NCBI GenBank assembly: GCA_964536075.1
Contig: CAZHWO010000002.1
Coordinates: 1 to 44,186 of the forward strand
DNA: 44,186 nucleotides
Reading direction: 5' to 3'
Source: an uncultured Muribaculaceae bacterium
GTDB taxonomy: Bacteria; Bacillota_I; Bacilli_A; RF39; UBA660
This document shows, piece by piece, positions 16,527 to 26,894 of this stretch (the stretch's first letter is position 1; every line of letters starts with the position of its first letter). The notes under the pieces were generated by a model, which had not been told where the DNA came from, searched no databases, and worked only from the letters and a program-made list of their open reading frames with translations. The translations under genes and the position numbers were made by a program.

Positions 16527-16555
16527 TTGTATATTTAATTTCTTAATGCTATAAT
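16527..16555 (+). promoter_or_regulatory. Candidate extended -10 promoter for the LemA-like gene
   Basis: TTGTAT-17 nt-TATAAT (16550-16555), preceded by TGc (TGnTATAAT). Confidence 0.45.
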
Positions 16556-16578
16556 TAATTTATACTAGAGGTGATGTT

Positions 16579-17106
16579 ATGATATATATAATGGCTATTG
16601 TTGTCTTAATAGCTATACTATTAATAGTGTTTATAGCTATTAATAATAACTACAATATATTATTAATAAAAATTAATGAGGCTTTTATTAATTGTACTGG
16701 TTCGTTGGGAAAAAAGAAAGATATAATAATAGAAATATTAAATAGCTTCAATAATAAGGAAAAAGAAGAAGCTAATAAAATTAGCAGTTATTTGGATTCT
16801 CATGATGATATCTTTGATTTATATACGAGATTGGAAAAAGCCTATTTTGATATTAATCAGATTCTAGAAGCTCATCCTTCATATGATGATAATAAAAAAA
16901 TAAATGAATTATTAATTAACTTAAGTGATATAGAAGAAGAACTAGAAGCTGATAATAATTATTATAATGATAATGTTACTATTTATAACAACTTAATTAA
17001 TTCCTTGCCGAGTAATTTAATTGCTTTTATAAAAAGATATAAGATAAAAAGAAAATTTGAAAAGACTAAAATGGAAAAATATGAAATTTTAAAAGAGGAG
17101 AAATAG
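16579..17106 (+). CDS. LemA-family membrane protein
   Basis: N-terminal TM helix, then YNILLIKINEA... and C-terminal NNYYNDNVTIYNNLINSLPSNLIA, which resembles the LemA R..YN..V..YN...FP motif. Confidence 0.65.
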   Translation: MIYIMAIVVLIAILLIVFIAINNNYNILLIKINEAFINCTGSLGKKKDIIIEILNSFNNKEKEEANKISSYLDSHDDIFDLYTRLEKAYFDINQILEAHPSYDDNKKINELLINLSDIEEELEADNNYYNDNVTIYNNLINSLPSNLIAFIKRYKIKRKFEKTKMEKYEILKEEK

Positions 17107-17122
17107 TTATTTCTTCTCTTTT
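17091..17122. terminator. Bidirectional terminator between the convergent LemA-like and symporter genes
   Basis: 14-bp stem (17091-17104 pairs with 17109-17122, one G-U) with an A-run on one side and a T-run on the other. Both stop codons lie in or beside the 4-nt loop. Confidence 0.7.
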
Positions 17123-18375
17123 ATTTTAACCTTGTTACTTAATTTACTAAGGGCATATATATTAATCAAACCTAATAAAGCTACTAGAATATCGACTATA
17201 TTCCATAAGAATAATGAGTTAGCAAATGATCCATAAATAAGGAGGAGAATGGTAATTATTTTTAAGAGAAATATGGAACGGGAAGAAAGATAGTTATAAA
17301 TATATTTTAAACTACTTTCACCAAAATAATAACCAGCAATAATGGTTGAAAAACAAAAAGAAGCGGTTATTAAAAAAAGTAAGTGTTCACCAATGTTACC
17401 AAAATGATAATTAAAAGCAAACTGTGCTAACTCAATACCATTAAGGTTTTCTAGCTTTAAGGCTTGGTAGTTACTCGTTAGAATTATAACGGCTGTTATC
17501 GTGCAAATTAATAAACTAATAAAATAAGTACCTAGAATTTGCAGATATCCTTGCTTAAAGGCATCATCACTATCACTGCTACCAACAGCTATAGCAGCAA
17601 CTCCCATGCCAGCCTCACTAGAAAAAATACCTCTTTCAATACCAATTATTATAGTAGGTATTAAACTAGCAAAAAAACTCTGAAAATTTAACCCTTCAGT
17701 TACTATATTAAAAATAATTTGGGGAATTATTTCATAATTATGAATAATAACGATTATCCCTAATAAAACATAGCTAAAGGTCATTATGGGCATTAAAAAA
17801 AGCGTTATTATCGATATTTCTTTGATGCCCTTTAAAATAATGATAAACGTAATAAGAGCTAAGAAAACCCCAATAGTTAAAGGATTTACATGGATTAATG
17901 AAGATAAAAGCCGAGATATTGAATTTGATTGAATGGTTAAAAAGCCACCAATATAAGTCAATAAAATAAGAAAAGAATAAATAAGGGATAGTTTTTTTTT
18001 ATTTAGCCCTTGGCTAATGTATAGGGATGGTCCCCCTAAAAACTCCTGATCTTTTTTAGCTTTATACTTAACTGCTAAATAGGCTTCTAAAAAAGAGAGT
18101 GGGGCTACAATAAAAGCCGATATCCAAAGCCAGAGGATAGTTCCTGGACCCCCTATATATATGGCTAAGGCTACACCAGCAATTGATCCAACTCCAATGC
18201 GACCAGCTAAAGATAAACAGAGCGTCTTTAAGGTATTTTTATCCTTACTAAGACTCCTAATAATCTGCTTAACTCTAAATTGTAAAAAATTATATCTAAA
18301 AGTATATTTTAGCCCCATAAAAACTAAAAAAATACTTAATATACCCCAAAGTAATTTATTTAGACCAGCCAGCAT
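17107..18375 (-). CDS. Sodium:alanine (AGCS family) symporter
   Basis: About 11 TM helices. GRIGVGSIAGVALAIYIGGPGTILWLWISAF...EAYLAVKYK...GGPSLYISQGL are typical AGCS motifs. Confidence 0.85.
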   Translation of the reverse strand: MLAGLNKLLWGILSIFLVFMGLKYTFRYNFLQFRVKQIIRSLSKDKNTLKTLCLSLAGRIGVGSIAGVALAIYIGGPGTILWLWISAFIVAPLSFLEAYLAVKYKAKKDQEFLGGPSLYISQGLNKKKLSLIYSFLILLTYIGGFLTIQSNSISRLLSSLIHVNPLTIGVFLALITFIIILKGIKEISIITLFLMPIMTFSYVLLGIIVIIHNYEIIPQIIFNIVTEGLNFQSFFASLIPTIIIGIERGIFSSEAGMGVAAIAVGSSDSDDAFKQGYLQILGTYFISLLICTITAVIILTSNYQALKLENLNGIELAQFAFNYHFGNIGEHLLFLITASFCFSTIIAGYYFGESSLKYIYNYLSSRSIFLLKIITILLLIYGSFANSLFLWNIVDILVALLGLINIYALSKLSNKVKIKEKK

Positions 18376-18426
18376 CCTATCACCATTACTAGTATATTAA
18401 GTTCTTTTAACTAATATTAAAAGATA

Positions 18427-18882
18427 TCACTTATGATATCTTTCGTTATTTGTAATCTTATAGCTCCGATAAATTTGTTCTAGTAAAATTAAACGAAATA
18501 ATTGATGAGGAAAAGTCAATTGAGAAAAGGATAGACGGTAATTAGCTCGTTGTTTAACCTCGTTAGCTAATCCTTCTGAACTGCCTATGATAAAAACAAT
18601 ATTAGGATTATGAATTAGTGTCTGGTCAATCAACTTAGCTAGTTCTACTGAAGTTAGTAGCTGACCATCTATTTGGAGTGTAATAACAAAGTCATTATCT
18701 TTAATATTGGCCATAATTCTCTCTTTTTCATTACCTAAATTCTTAGTTGTTACTAACGAGCTTTCTTCTTTAAGCTCGATGATTTCTAGATGCGTATATT
18801 TTTTAATTCTTTTACTATAATCTTTTATACCTTCTATTAAATAAGGCTCTTTAATTTTGCCAAGACATATTATTTTTATCAT
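18427..18882 (-). CDS. rlmH: 23S rRNA (pseudouridine1915-N3)-methyltransferase RlmH
   Basis: MIKIICLGKIKEPYL...IGSSEGL...LSFSQLTFPHQLFRLILLEQIYRSYKI...YHK is the SPOUT-fold RlmH signature. Confidence 0.9.
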   Translation of the reverse strand: MIKIICLGKIKEPYLIEGIKDYSKRIKKYTHLEIIELKEESSLVTTKNLGNEKERIMANIKDNDFVITLQIDGQLLTSVELAKLIDQTLIHNPNIVFIIGSSEGLANEVKQRANYRLSFSQLTFPHQLFRLILLEQIYRSYKITNNERYHK

Positions 18883-18884
18883 TG

Positions 18885-19649
18885 TTAAACCTCAATTGTT
18901 TCTAAAGCTTCATGCTGCTTAGCAATAATAATATTCTGGCTATCAAAGCTATTTTGATCCAAACTTTTCTTCATCGCAGCAAAAGCTAGTTCTTCAGTAT
19001 TATTATTCTCACTCAAGTGGGCTAGAACAACATATCTCGTTTTATTCCCAATTTCTGCTTGCATATATTTGGCTACGGTTTGATTAGATAGATGGCCTCG
19101 GTCACTGATAATTCGTTGTTTAAGAATAATGGGGTAATCACCATTCATTAACATTTCTTCATCATGATTACTTTCAACAATATATATATCTTTATTGGCT
19201 AGTTGGGTTAATATTCTTCTATTTAGATAACCAGTATCAGTTATATAAACCAATTCTTTATTGTTACAACTAATAATATAGCCAACAGAACAGTTCACAT
19301 CATGAGAGGTATACAATAATTTAATGGTAAATTCGGCCAAATCAAATTTATCATCAACAAAAATAATATCGTCTTTACTAATATATTTGTTGATTTCCTT
19401 GAACATATCTAAAGGGATATAAACTTTAATTTTATATCTTTTTAATAAACTCGATAAACCACATATATGATCATTATGGCAATGAGTTATAAGAATTCCG
19501 TTAATCTGCCTTATATCAGTTTTCTTTTCATCTAAGAGTTTCTTTAAGATGGGAAAGGTTAAACCCACATCTATTAAAATTTTGGTATCAGTGCCAGTTA
19601 ATAAGGTACAATTGGCTTTAGAGCCGCTGGCTAATATATCAATTTTCAT
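18885..19649 (-). CDS. yycJ: MBL-fold metallo-hydrolase, YycJ/WalJ-like
   Basis: LASGSKANCTLL...ITHCHNDHICGL (HxHxDH). It is adjacent to rlmH, as in B. subtilis yycJ...rlmH. Confidence 0.85.
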   Translation of the reverse strand: MKIDILASGSKANCTLLTGTDTKILIDVGLTFPILKKLLDEKKTDIRQINGILITHCHNDHICGLSSLLKRYKIKVYIPLDMFKEINKYISKDDIIFVDDKFDLAEFTIKLLYTSHDVNCSVGYIISCNNKELVYITDTGYLNRRILTQLANKDIYIVESNHDEEMLMNGDYPIILKQRIISDRGHLSNQTVAKYMQAEIGNKTRYVVLAHLSENNNTEELAFAAMKKSLDQNSFDSQNIIIAKQHEALETIEV

Positions 19650-19650
19650 T

Positions 19651-21144
19651 TTAATAAAAATCCAGCGGGTTCAACTTATCTGAGGTTTGAAATGTTGCGC
19701 CTTTCCTTATTTCGAAATGCAAATGAGTACCATTTAATGGATTAGCCGCGGTTGGTCTGGGAACAACATCTCCCGTATTACCCATCGCAGCAATTACTTG
19801 ACCCATCGTAACAACCGAACCAACTTTGACAGAAAGACCTGACAAATGTCCATATAAAGTATAGTAGCCGTTGTTATGATCTATTACAACATACTTTCCG
19901 TGGCTCTCTTTATTAGGATCATTTTCAGCAACGATAACAACACCACTGTTAGCAGCATAAATGGGTGAACCATAACCAGTGCAACATATATCTATTGCCC
20001 CATGAAAATAAGTTGTTCCCCATGAACGCCACCTATAATAATCGGAAATTACATACGGTGAATTGGTCGGCCATGCCCAATATCCAGCATCACCTAATTT
20101 TACGCTAGAGGTACTACCTCTAACAATAATACGGTTAACGGATGGCGTTATTTCGACACTATCGATAATGACAGCATTATTAATATTACCATTAACTTTC
20201 TTAATCTTTTTGGTTACTTTACTAACCCCATTAACTCCTGCTTGTTTTACTGTTGTATAGCCAATATATACGCTTGGATCGTATTCAACCTCTGTTTTAA
20301 ACTCAATATCCTCATATTCTTCCACATGTAATTGTTCAACAATATTAAAAGCCGGAGCCAAGGTTCCAACAGTAATTCCTTGGCCTGGATATAGCAAAGC
20401 ATTCTCATCTTTTAAATTAGTATTAGCAACTAGAAGTTCCTCAACGGCCATTTGATTGTTAAAAGCTATTTCCAATAGTGTGTCACCAGCTTTGACCGTA
20501 TAAATGCTTTTGTTTGTATTTTCACCAAATAAGAAATATTGACTTAAATCTTCAACGGTCAAATAAATTTTATTATCTACGGAAATCTGATCTTCTTTGA
20601 TAGTTATATCATTTTCTATAAAAATATTTTCAATTAAGGTTCCAATATTGGTAATTTTCTCTTGTGTATTGGTCGCAAACTTTTCATAATCTTCTTCATT
20701 TACAAAAGCTTTAACTGTGTTCTGAACCGCTTCTTCAAAAATATTTTTATCAATTACATAGATATCTTTTTTGGGGAGGTTTTCTTCCACAGGCAAAATG
20801 GTTATTCTATATCCTTTGATAGTAAAGGGCTCAATATCTTTAATTTTTTCATAGATATCTTTAATGGTTGATATTTTTTCGTTGTAAGTGATCTCCTTCT
20901 CAATATCTAAATTTTTAGGCGCATAAACTTTATCTACCTGAAATTGTTCCTTGATTCTTTCTTGTTCCTTGTCTATATATTTATCTAATTTTTCTTTTGA
21001 TGCAATAATGCCAATGGATTCACCATTCAAATAAACACGAAAGACTTCCTTGGGTAAATCTTTAGTTTCTTTAAAGCCAGAAAAGACGAAAAGACTACTT
21101 ATGATTAGTGATAAAGCTGTTAATATAATATTTTTGCTAGTCAT
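19651..21144 (-). CDS. Secreted or anchored LysM-G5-M23 peptidoglycan endopeptidase
   Basis: N-terminal TM helix, a LysM domain (YTVKAGDTLLEIAF...YPGQGITV), a G5-like segment (VKQAGVNGVSKVTKK...IIVRG), and intact M23 ligands (HGAIDI, GHLS, THLHFEI). I place the start at MTSKN (ATG 21144-21142) behind AAAGGTGA, overlapping the dnaB end by 8 nt. Confidence 0.8.
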   Translation of the reverse strand: MTSKNIILTALSLIISSLFVFSGFKETKDLPKEVFRVYLNGESIGIIASKEKLDKYIDKEQERIKEQFQVDKVYAPKNLDIEKEITYNEKISTIKDIYEKIKDIEPFTIKGYRITILPVEENLPKKDIYVIDKNIFEEAVQNTVKAFVNEEDYEKFATNTQEKITNIGTLIENIFIENDITIKEDQISVDNKIYLTVEDLSQYFLFGENTNKSIYTVKAGDTLLEIAFNNQMAVEELLVANTNLKDENALLYPGQGITVGTLAPAFNIVEQLHVEEYEDIEFKTEVEYDPSVYIGYTTVKQAGVNGVSKVTKKIKKVNGNINNAVIIDSVEITPSVNRIIVRGSTSSVKLGDAGYWAWPTNSPYVISDYYRWRSWGTTYFHGAIDICCTGYGSPIYAANSGVVIVAENDPNKESHGKYVVIDHNNGYYTLYGHLSGLSVKVGSVVTMGQVIAAMGNTGDVVPRPTAANPLNGTHLHFEIRKGATFQTSDKLNPLDFY

Positions 21145-22489
21145 TGTAATCACCTTTGGTCTCCTTATGGTAATTTAAAAAAGTACTAGTATCTCTTTTA
21201 AATAATAATTCTATTGTAGCAGTTGGTCCATTACGATGTTTAGCAATAATTAATTCACTTTCACTAGTATGATTTTCGTTATCGGCTTCTTTATTGTAAT
21301 AATCATCACGATAAAGAAACGCGACTAAATCAGCATCTTGTTCAATTGAACCTGATTCTCTTAAATCACTTAAGTTAGGACGCTTATTTTCTCGACCCTC
21401 TACAGCTCTTGATAATTGGGCAAGAGCAATAACGGGAACCTTTAACTCCATAGCCATAGTTTTTAAAGATCTAGATATGTCCGCAACTTCTTGCTGACGG
21501 TTAGAGCCATATTTTCCGCCACCAGATAATAATTGTAAATAGTCGATTATAACGATACCAAGTCCATCCTCACTACTGGCTAAACGACGACATTTGGCAC
21601 GCAATTCACCAATGGTTATACCTGGGGTGTCATCCATATATATTTTAGCGTCAGCTAACTGACTGATAGCTTCATTAACGCGCTTCCAATCATTATTTAA
21701 TAGATTACCGGTCCTTAGTTTTTGGCCTTCAATTTGACCAAGGGAACTTAACATACGCATGGCTAATTGTTCAAGCCCCATTTCCAGATTGAATAAAGCG
21801 ACTGTTTTATCAGTATTAATAGCAATATTAGTAGCGATATTAAGGGCAAAAGCCGTTTTTCCCATAGCTGGGCGAGCAGCAATAACAATCAGTTCATTTT
21901 CGTGGAAACCACTGGTTATTTTGTCTAAATCACGCCAACCACTGGGTAAACCTGTAATATCACCTTTTTTTTCAGCTAATTTTTCTAAATTAGCTTGCGC
22001 TTTATATAAGACTTCTTGAACCGTTCTAAACTCCGTTGATCTTCGATTCTTAACAATATTTAAAATTTTTCTTTCAGCTTCATCTAGTGTTTCATTGACA
22101 GTTCCTTCGGGATCATAACCTAAAGTAGCAATTTCAGTTGAAGTTTCAATTAATTTACGTAATAAATGATTATCTTCAACAATTTTTATATAATATTCAA
22201 CATTAGCAGCTGTTGGAACAGACTCTAATAGATTGGTTAAATATTCAACTCCACCAACTTCATTTAAGGTTTGATTTTTTTGCATTTTAGCCGTAACAGT
22301 GGTAAAATCAACGGGTACTTTCTCTTCCACCAATTCTTTAATAGCAGAAAAGATCCTCTGATGGGATGATAAATAAAAAGCTTCTTCAGATAAATCCTCA
22401 CAGGCTTTTTGTAAAGCATATGGTGATAAAAACATTGATCCTATTACAGATTGTTCAGCTTCAATATTGTTGGGTAAAATTTTAACCAT
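21137..22489 (-). CDS. dnaB: Replicative DNA helicase (DnaB family; DnaC in B. subtilis nomenclature)
   Basis: NIEAEQSVIGSM..., Walker A ARPAMGKTAF, IIDYLQLL, and RQQEV...SRSLK. Confidence 0.97.
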   Translation of the reverse strand: MVKILPNNIEAEQSVIGSMFLSPYALQKACEDLSEEAFYLSSHQRIFSAIKELVEEKVPVDFTTVTAKMQKNQTLNEVGGVEYLTNLLESVPTAANVEYYIKIVEDNHLLRKLIETSTEIATLGYDPEGTVNETLDEAERKILNIVKNRRSTEFRTVQEVLYKAQANLEKLAEKKGDITGLPSGWRDLDKITSGFHENELIVIAARPAMGKTAFALNIATNIAINTDKTVALFNLEMGLEQLAMRMLSSLGQIEGQKLRTGNLLNNDWKRVNEAISQLADAKIYMDDTPGITIGELRAKCRRLASSEDGLGIVIIDYLQLLSGGGKYGSNRQQEVADISRSLKTMAMELKVPVIALAQLSRAVEGRENKRPNLSDLRESGSIEQDADLVAFLYRDDYYNKEADNENHTSESELIIAKHRNGPTATIELLFKRDTSTFLNYHKETKGDYND

Positions 22490-22501
22490 TTTTTCACCTT
22501 C

Positions 22502-22939
22502 TTACTTCTTTGTTTCAATTTTTAAAATACTCTTTATGTCTTTATATAGTTCAATTTCCACATTGTGGAAGCCTAAAGTAGTAATATTTTCGGTTTTTAT
22601 TTGTTTGCGATCTATTTTATAGCCTTTTTTATTTAATTCTTCACTAATTTGTTTAGTGGTAACGCTACCAAACATTCTATCTTCTTTACCAACACTAACT
22701 GAGAATGATAGGTTTAATTTATCGATTTTATCCTTTATGTTGAACGCTTCATCTCTAAGATGGGCCTTTTCTTCTAGCACAGCAAGTTTTTCGGTTTCCA
22801 GTTTTTTAACATTTCTTTCTGTGTAAGCAACAGCATAACCGTTTTTGATGAGAAAATTTTCGCCATAGCCATCTTTAACGGTTTTTATTTCTCCTTTTTT
22901 ACCTTGGCCTTTCAAATCTTTAATAAATATTACTCTCAT
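22502..22939 (-). CDS. rplI: 50S ribosomal protein L9
   Basis: [31 protein letters not shown] place the start at ATG 22939-22937 behind a TAGGAGG SD. The track's 7-aa extension is rejected. Confidence 0.95.
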   Translation of the reverse strand: MRVIFIKDLKGQGKKGEIKTVKDGYGENFLIKNGYAVAYTERNVKKLETEKLAVLEEKAHLRDEAFNIKDKIDKLNLSFSVSVGKEDRMFGSVTTKQISEELNKKGYKIDRKQIKTENITTLGFHNVEIELYKDIKSILKIETKK

Positions 22940-22993
22940 AAAACCTCCTAAAATATTCAATAGGGCTTGGAATAATTATAGCATATTATACGA

Positions 22994-23022
22994 AATAAAA
23001 AAAGACTTTAATCAGAAAGTCT
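22994..23022 (-). terminator. Terminator after rpsR
   Basis: 7-bp stem AGACTTT/AAAGTCT (23003-23009 pairs with 23016-23022). TTTTTTTA follows on the minus strand. A TGcTATAAT extended -10 for rplI-dnaB (hexamer 22975-22980) lies further downstream on that strand. Confidence 0.6.
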
Positions 23023-23025
23023 ATC

Positions 23026-23244
23026 TTATTTGGTATATGGTAATAACGCAATTGCACGAGCTCTTTTGATTTGTTCGGCAATATGTCTTTGATGTCTAGC
23101 ACATGCTCCGGTAATCCTTCTTGGTAAAATCTTACCTTTTTCATTGATGTATCTTTTTAAAGTTTCTACATCTTTGTAATTTATATCTTTACCAGTTGAG
23201 CACATATAACATACTTTTTTCTTTTTTCGATAAAATTCGGCCAT
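23026..23244 (-). CDS. rpsR: 30S ribosomal protein S18
   Basis: ...KVCYMC...[32 protein letters not shown] is canonical S18. Confidence 0.97.
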   Translation of the reverse strand: MAEFYRKKKKVCYMCSTGKDINYKDVETLKRYINEKGKILPRRITGACARHQRHIAEQIKRARAIALLPYTK

Positions 23245-23258
23245 ATTTTTCCTCCTAT

Positions 23259-23717
23259 TTAAAATGGTAATTCTTCATCGCTGATTTCTATATTGTTACC
23301 AAAATCGGCAAAAGGATCATTTTCAACGTTCGTTGTTTTCTCCTCTGTAAAATCATATGGAGTTGGGTTACCTTGATTATTTATAACATTTTCACTTTTA
23401 TTTTTTGAATCTAAAAATTGAACATTATCAGCAACCACTTCAGTAATATATCTTTTCTTACCTGTCTCATCATCATAGCTTCTTGTTTGGATTCGACCAT
23501 CAATAGCTACTTGACTACCTTGGGTAAGATAGTTTTTAACGTTTTCAGCTTGTTTTCTCCATACAACAATATTTATATAATCAACATCTTTTTCACCTGA
23601 TTGATTATTAAAGGGTCTATTAATAGCAATACTGAAACTCGCCACCGCAATATTACTCCCTGTATATCTTAATTCAGGATCCCGCGTTAATCTTCCTATT
23701 AAAAATACCTTATTCAT
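23259..23717 (-). CDS. ssb: Single-stranded DNA-binding protein
   Basis: [19 protein letters not shown]... OB fold with the acidic C-terminal tip DEELPF. Confidence 0.95.
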   Translation of the reverse strand: MNKVFLIGRLTRDPELRYTGSNIAVASFSIAINRPFNNQSGEKDVDYINIVVWRKQAENVKNYLTQGSQVAIDGRIQTRSYDDETGKKRYITEVVADNVQFLDSKNKSENVINNQGNPTPYDFTEEKTTNVENDPFADFGNNIEISDEELPF

Positions 23718-23730
23718 ATTTCCTCTTTTC

Positions 23731-24021
23731 TTATTCTTCCACTTTAATTATTAAATGACGAAGAATTTCCTCATTGATACGGGCTAAACGATCAAATTCG
23801 TTAATCGCATCAGCATTTTTTGCTTCAATTAAATAGAAAAAGTAGTATCCAGTATTGTGCTTATTAATAGTATAGGCAAGTTCCTTTTGACCCATTTCTT
23901 TTTCTTCTTTAATAGAAGCTTTTTGCTCTTCTAGGATTTTTTTCATGTTTTCAGCAACACCTTTAATCTCTTTTTCTTCTAGATTAGGATTAACAATAAA
24001 CATGATTTCATATTTTGTCAT
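23731..24021 (-). CDS. rpsF: 30S ribosomal protein S6
   Basis: MTKYEIMFIVNPNLEE... I place the start at ATG 24021-24019 behind AAAGGAGGTG. The track's 14-aa extension is rejected. Confidence 0.95.
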   Translation of the reverse strand: MTKYEIMFIVNPNLEEKEIKGVAENMKKILEEQKASIKEEKEMGQKELAYTINKHNTGYYFFYLIEAKNADAINEFDRLARINEEILRHLIIKVEE

Positions 24022-24086
24022 TCTTACACCTCCTTTTGGACTTTTGGCCAATTTAATTGGCAAGGAGTATTAAATACTCGTTATAG

Positions 24087-24115
24087 ATTATAACATCATC
24101 AAAGGAAAAAGTAAA
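24087..24115 (-). promoter_or_regulatory. Candidate sigma-A promoter for the rpsF-ssb-rpsR operon
   Basis: The minus strand reads TTTACT (24115-24110)-17 nt-TATAAT (24092-24087) with a TGt extended -10. Confidence 0.6.
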
Positions 24116-24175
24116 CATTCTTTCTTAATTTAATTATATGAAAAAATAATTAGACCTTTCTATCTTTTGTAATGT

Positions 24176-25276
24176 CTAAATATTAAATCTAAAATGGCAG
24201 ATATCGCCATCTTGCATGAGATAGTCTTTACCTTCAAGACGAGCTTTACCATTTTCTCTAACTTTAAGCTCACTACCCCAATTAACTAAATCATTATAAC
24301 CCATTACCTCAGCTCTAATAAATCCTTTTTCAAAATCACTGTGAATAATACCAGCACATTCTTTAGCATTCATACCTTTTTTAAAGGTCCAAGCTCTTAC
24401 TTCATCAGAACCTACGGTAAAGTAAGTTGCTAGCCCTAAAAGATCATAAGTTATTCGAATTAGTTGGTCTAAACCACTTTCAGTTATACCAAGGGCTTTA
24501 AGCATTTCTTTCTTATCATTATCTTCTAATTCGCTTAATTCTGATTCTATTTTGGCACATATTTTAATAACTTTAGCCCCTTCTTTAGCGGCATAGTTAA
24601 TTATATTGATAATAAAGGCGTTATCATCACTGTTAATATCTTCTTCTCTAATATTAGCTAAATAAATCATCGGTTTTAGTGTTAAAAAATGATACGGCTT
24701 TAAAATTTCTTTTTCTTCTTTAGAGTAGTTAATAAGTCTTAGCGGGATGTTTTTTTCTAGGGTTTCTTTCGATTTTAACATTACTTCTAATTCTTTTAGA
24801 CTTTCTTTATCTTTGGTAGTTTCAGCCTTTTTCTTGATCTTATCAATACGATTATTAATTATTTCTAAATCAGCAATGGTTAGCTCTAAATTTATGATCT
24901 CAATATCTCTGAGGGGATCAATTTTACCTTCTACATGAATAATTGAACTATCTTCAAAACATCTAACCACATGGCATATAGCATCTACTTCGCGAATATG
25001 GGATAAAAATTTATTACCTAATCCTTCACCTTTAGAAGCTCCTTTTACTAAGCCAGCAATATCGGTAAATTCAAAAGTCGTCGGAATGGTTCTTTGAGGA
25101 TTATATAAATTTTGTAAAACTTCTACTCGCTCATCCGGCACCATAACCACCCCAACATTAGGATCAATAGTAGCAAAGGGATAATTAGCAGCTAAAATCT
25201 TTTGTTTGGTAATAGCATTAAAAAGAGTTGACTTACCAACATTAGGCATACCAATTATTCCAGCTGTTAAACTCAT
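24176..25276 (-). CDS. ychF: Ribosome-binding ATPase YchF (Obg-like)
   Basis: GIIGMPNVGKSTLFNAIT, DIAGLVKGAS, and a C-terminal TGS-like region ending ICHFRFN. Confidence 0.97.
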   Translation of the reverse strand: MSLTAGIIGMPNVGKSTLFNAITKQKILAANYPFATIDPNVGVVMVPDERVEVLQNLYNPQRTIPTTFEFTDIAGLVKGASKGEGLGNKFLSHIREVDAICHVVRCFEDSSIIHVEGKIDPLRDIEIINLELTIADLEIINNRIDKIKKKAETTKDKESLKELEVMLKSKETLEKNIPLRLINYSKEEKEILKPYHFLTLKPMIYLANIREEDINSDDNAFIINIINYAAKEGAKVIKICAKIESELSELEDNDKKEMLKALGITESGLDQLIRITYDLLGLATYFTVGSDEVRAWTFKKGMNAKECAGIIHSDFEKGFIRAEVMGYNDLVNWGSELKVRENGKARLEGKDYLMQDGDICHFRFNI

Positions 25277-25288
25277 TTATATCATCTC

Positions 25289-26884
25289 CTATATAGTTGG
25301 ATAAACTCCTGGTCCAATTGGTAAACCGACTATATACCAACCAATAATTAATAAAATCCAAGAGATACTGATTATAAAGAAATATGGCATAACATATCCA
25401 ATTCCTTTTTTTATGGTGATGGGATTTTCTTTGTCTTTATTATAAATATTTAAATAGCTTATATAAATGACAAACCCGGCTAATAGAGGGGTTACACCAT
25501 TAGCCATAGAATCAGAAGCTCTCAATAATATTTGGGAAAATTGAGGAGCCACATTTAATTGCATTAATTTAGGAACGACTACGGGGGCTAGGATGGCCCA
25601 CTTAGCTGTAGGAGTTGTGACAAATAAATCAGAAAATGCCCCAATTATTAAAACTAAAATAATCAAAGGAATGGCTCCAAAGGTTGAATCACTAATGATA
25701 TTAGCTCCCCATGCTGTTATAATTGTGCCAATATTAGTTTCTTTAAAAACAGCAATAAATTGTGCCGCAAAAAAGATTATCGCTATTACTTCAACGATAT
25801 TCTGCATATATTGATTACTTCCATTGATAACATCTTTATCCGACTTAATGGTTTTTGCTCCTATTCCATAGGCAATTCCTATGATAAGAAAGAAAATAGC
25901 GACCATATAGGTAAAACCATCCTGAAAATAAGAATTGGTGCCAAACAATTGATTGACATAGGCTCTTTCATTCATATCAAGCAAAATACCGGAAAAAGGC
26001 AAATTAGGGATAAGCATATAGATGAATATAAAGATTACTACTATCGCACTAATATAGGCGTACTTTAAACCCCTTTTTTCATATTTATTAGTCTCAATTT
26101 TAGATTGTTCTTCATTAACAAAATCGATTATCTCAATTTCAGAAGTATAATTTATATCTTTTCTTTCTCTTTTTCTCTTTAAAGATTTAGTTACAAAATT
26201 TTCAATAGCTATAGTACCTATTAAAGCTAAGAAAATACTTAACGTTATAATCATAAATAAGTTGGCGGTTAAACTAACATGAAAGGTTGGATCAATCAAT
26301 CTTGCAGCTGCTTGAGTATAAGGGATTAAAGCAATATCTAGTGATCCTACAAAAATAGCCGCCCCATAACCAAAACTGACACCACAGAAAGCCGTAACAA
26401 TTCCTACTAATGGGTTTCTTCCTTTAGCCTGATAAAAAATAGCTCCTAACGGTATTAAAACAGCATAACCCACCTCATTTATAAGACTAGAAATAATGGA
26501 TAAAAATAAAAGCAAAAAAGTAATAATTTTACTATTTACTTCAGATAAATTTCTTTTTATAAAAACATCAAAAAAACCACTTGAGACAGCAACACTTATG
26601 CCTAATAAAGAAATCAACATCATACTAAGCGGAGTAAAACTAATAAAGTTAGTCGTGGCATTACTTAATATGTATTTTATACCATCATAACTTAACATAT
26701 TTTTTACTACAACTAAAGTAGACTTTAACTCAATATTATTTAAATCTATTTTGTTATATGTAGCCTGAACATTAAATAAGCTAAATATCCCACTTAAAAC
26801 AATAACTAATACAGTCATGAGGATAAATGAAGTTACGGGATAAAATCTAAATTTTTTTAATTTCAATTTACCAGTTTTTGTCAT
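25289..26884 (-). CDS. AbgT-family (p-aminobenzoyl-glutamate/antimetabolite) transporter
   Basis: 531-aa polytopic protein. AKGRNPLVGIVTAFCGVSFGYGAAIFVGSLD and the mid-protein YEKRGLKYA resemble recalled conserved AbgT blocks (GRhPlaGlaaaFAGvsgGf; ErrGLr). Confidence 0.65.
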   Translation of the reverse strand: MTKTGKLKLKKFRFYPVTSFILMTVLVIVLSGIFSLFNVQATYNKIDLNNIELKSTLVVVKNMLSYDGIKYILSNATTNFISFTPLSMMLISLLGISVAVSSGFFDVFIKRNLSEVNSKIITFLLLFLSIISSLINEVGYAVLIPLGAIFYQAKGRNPLVGIVTAFCGVSFGYGAAIFVGSLDIALIPYTQAAARLIDPTFHVSLTANLFMIITLSIFLALIGTIAIENFVTKSLKRKRERKDINYTSEIEIIDFVNEEQSKIETNKYEKRGLKYAYISAIVVIFIFIYMLIPNLPFSGILLDMNERAYVNQLFGTNSYFQDGFTYMVAIFFLIIGIAYGIGAKTIKSDKDVINGSNQYMQNIVEVIAIIFFAAQFIAVFKETNIGTIITAWGANIISDSTFGAIPLIILVLIIGAFSDLFVTTPTAKWAILAPVVVPKLMQLNVAPQFSQILLRASDSMANGVTPLLAGFVIYISYLNIYNKDKENPITIKKGIGYVMPYFFIISISWILLIIGWYIVGLPIGPGVYPTI

Positions 26885-26894
26885 CTTTTACTCC

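Noticed and set aside
13625-17106. A plus-strand block (PBP, gerQ, LemA-like) embedded in the otherwise minus-strand left replichore, considered as a possible inserted island.
   Set aside because: The genes are ordinary core or sporulation genes. Their composition matches the surroundings. There are no flanking repeats, tRNA genes or recombinases, and the block is bounded by normal terminators.
24128-24180. A possible ychF terminator (TTAGAC...GTCTAA with an 18-nt loop, followed by TTATTTTTT on the minus strand).
   Set aside because: The stem is only 6 bp and the loop is large, which is too weak to call. ychF may read into the rpsF promoter region.
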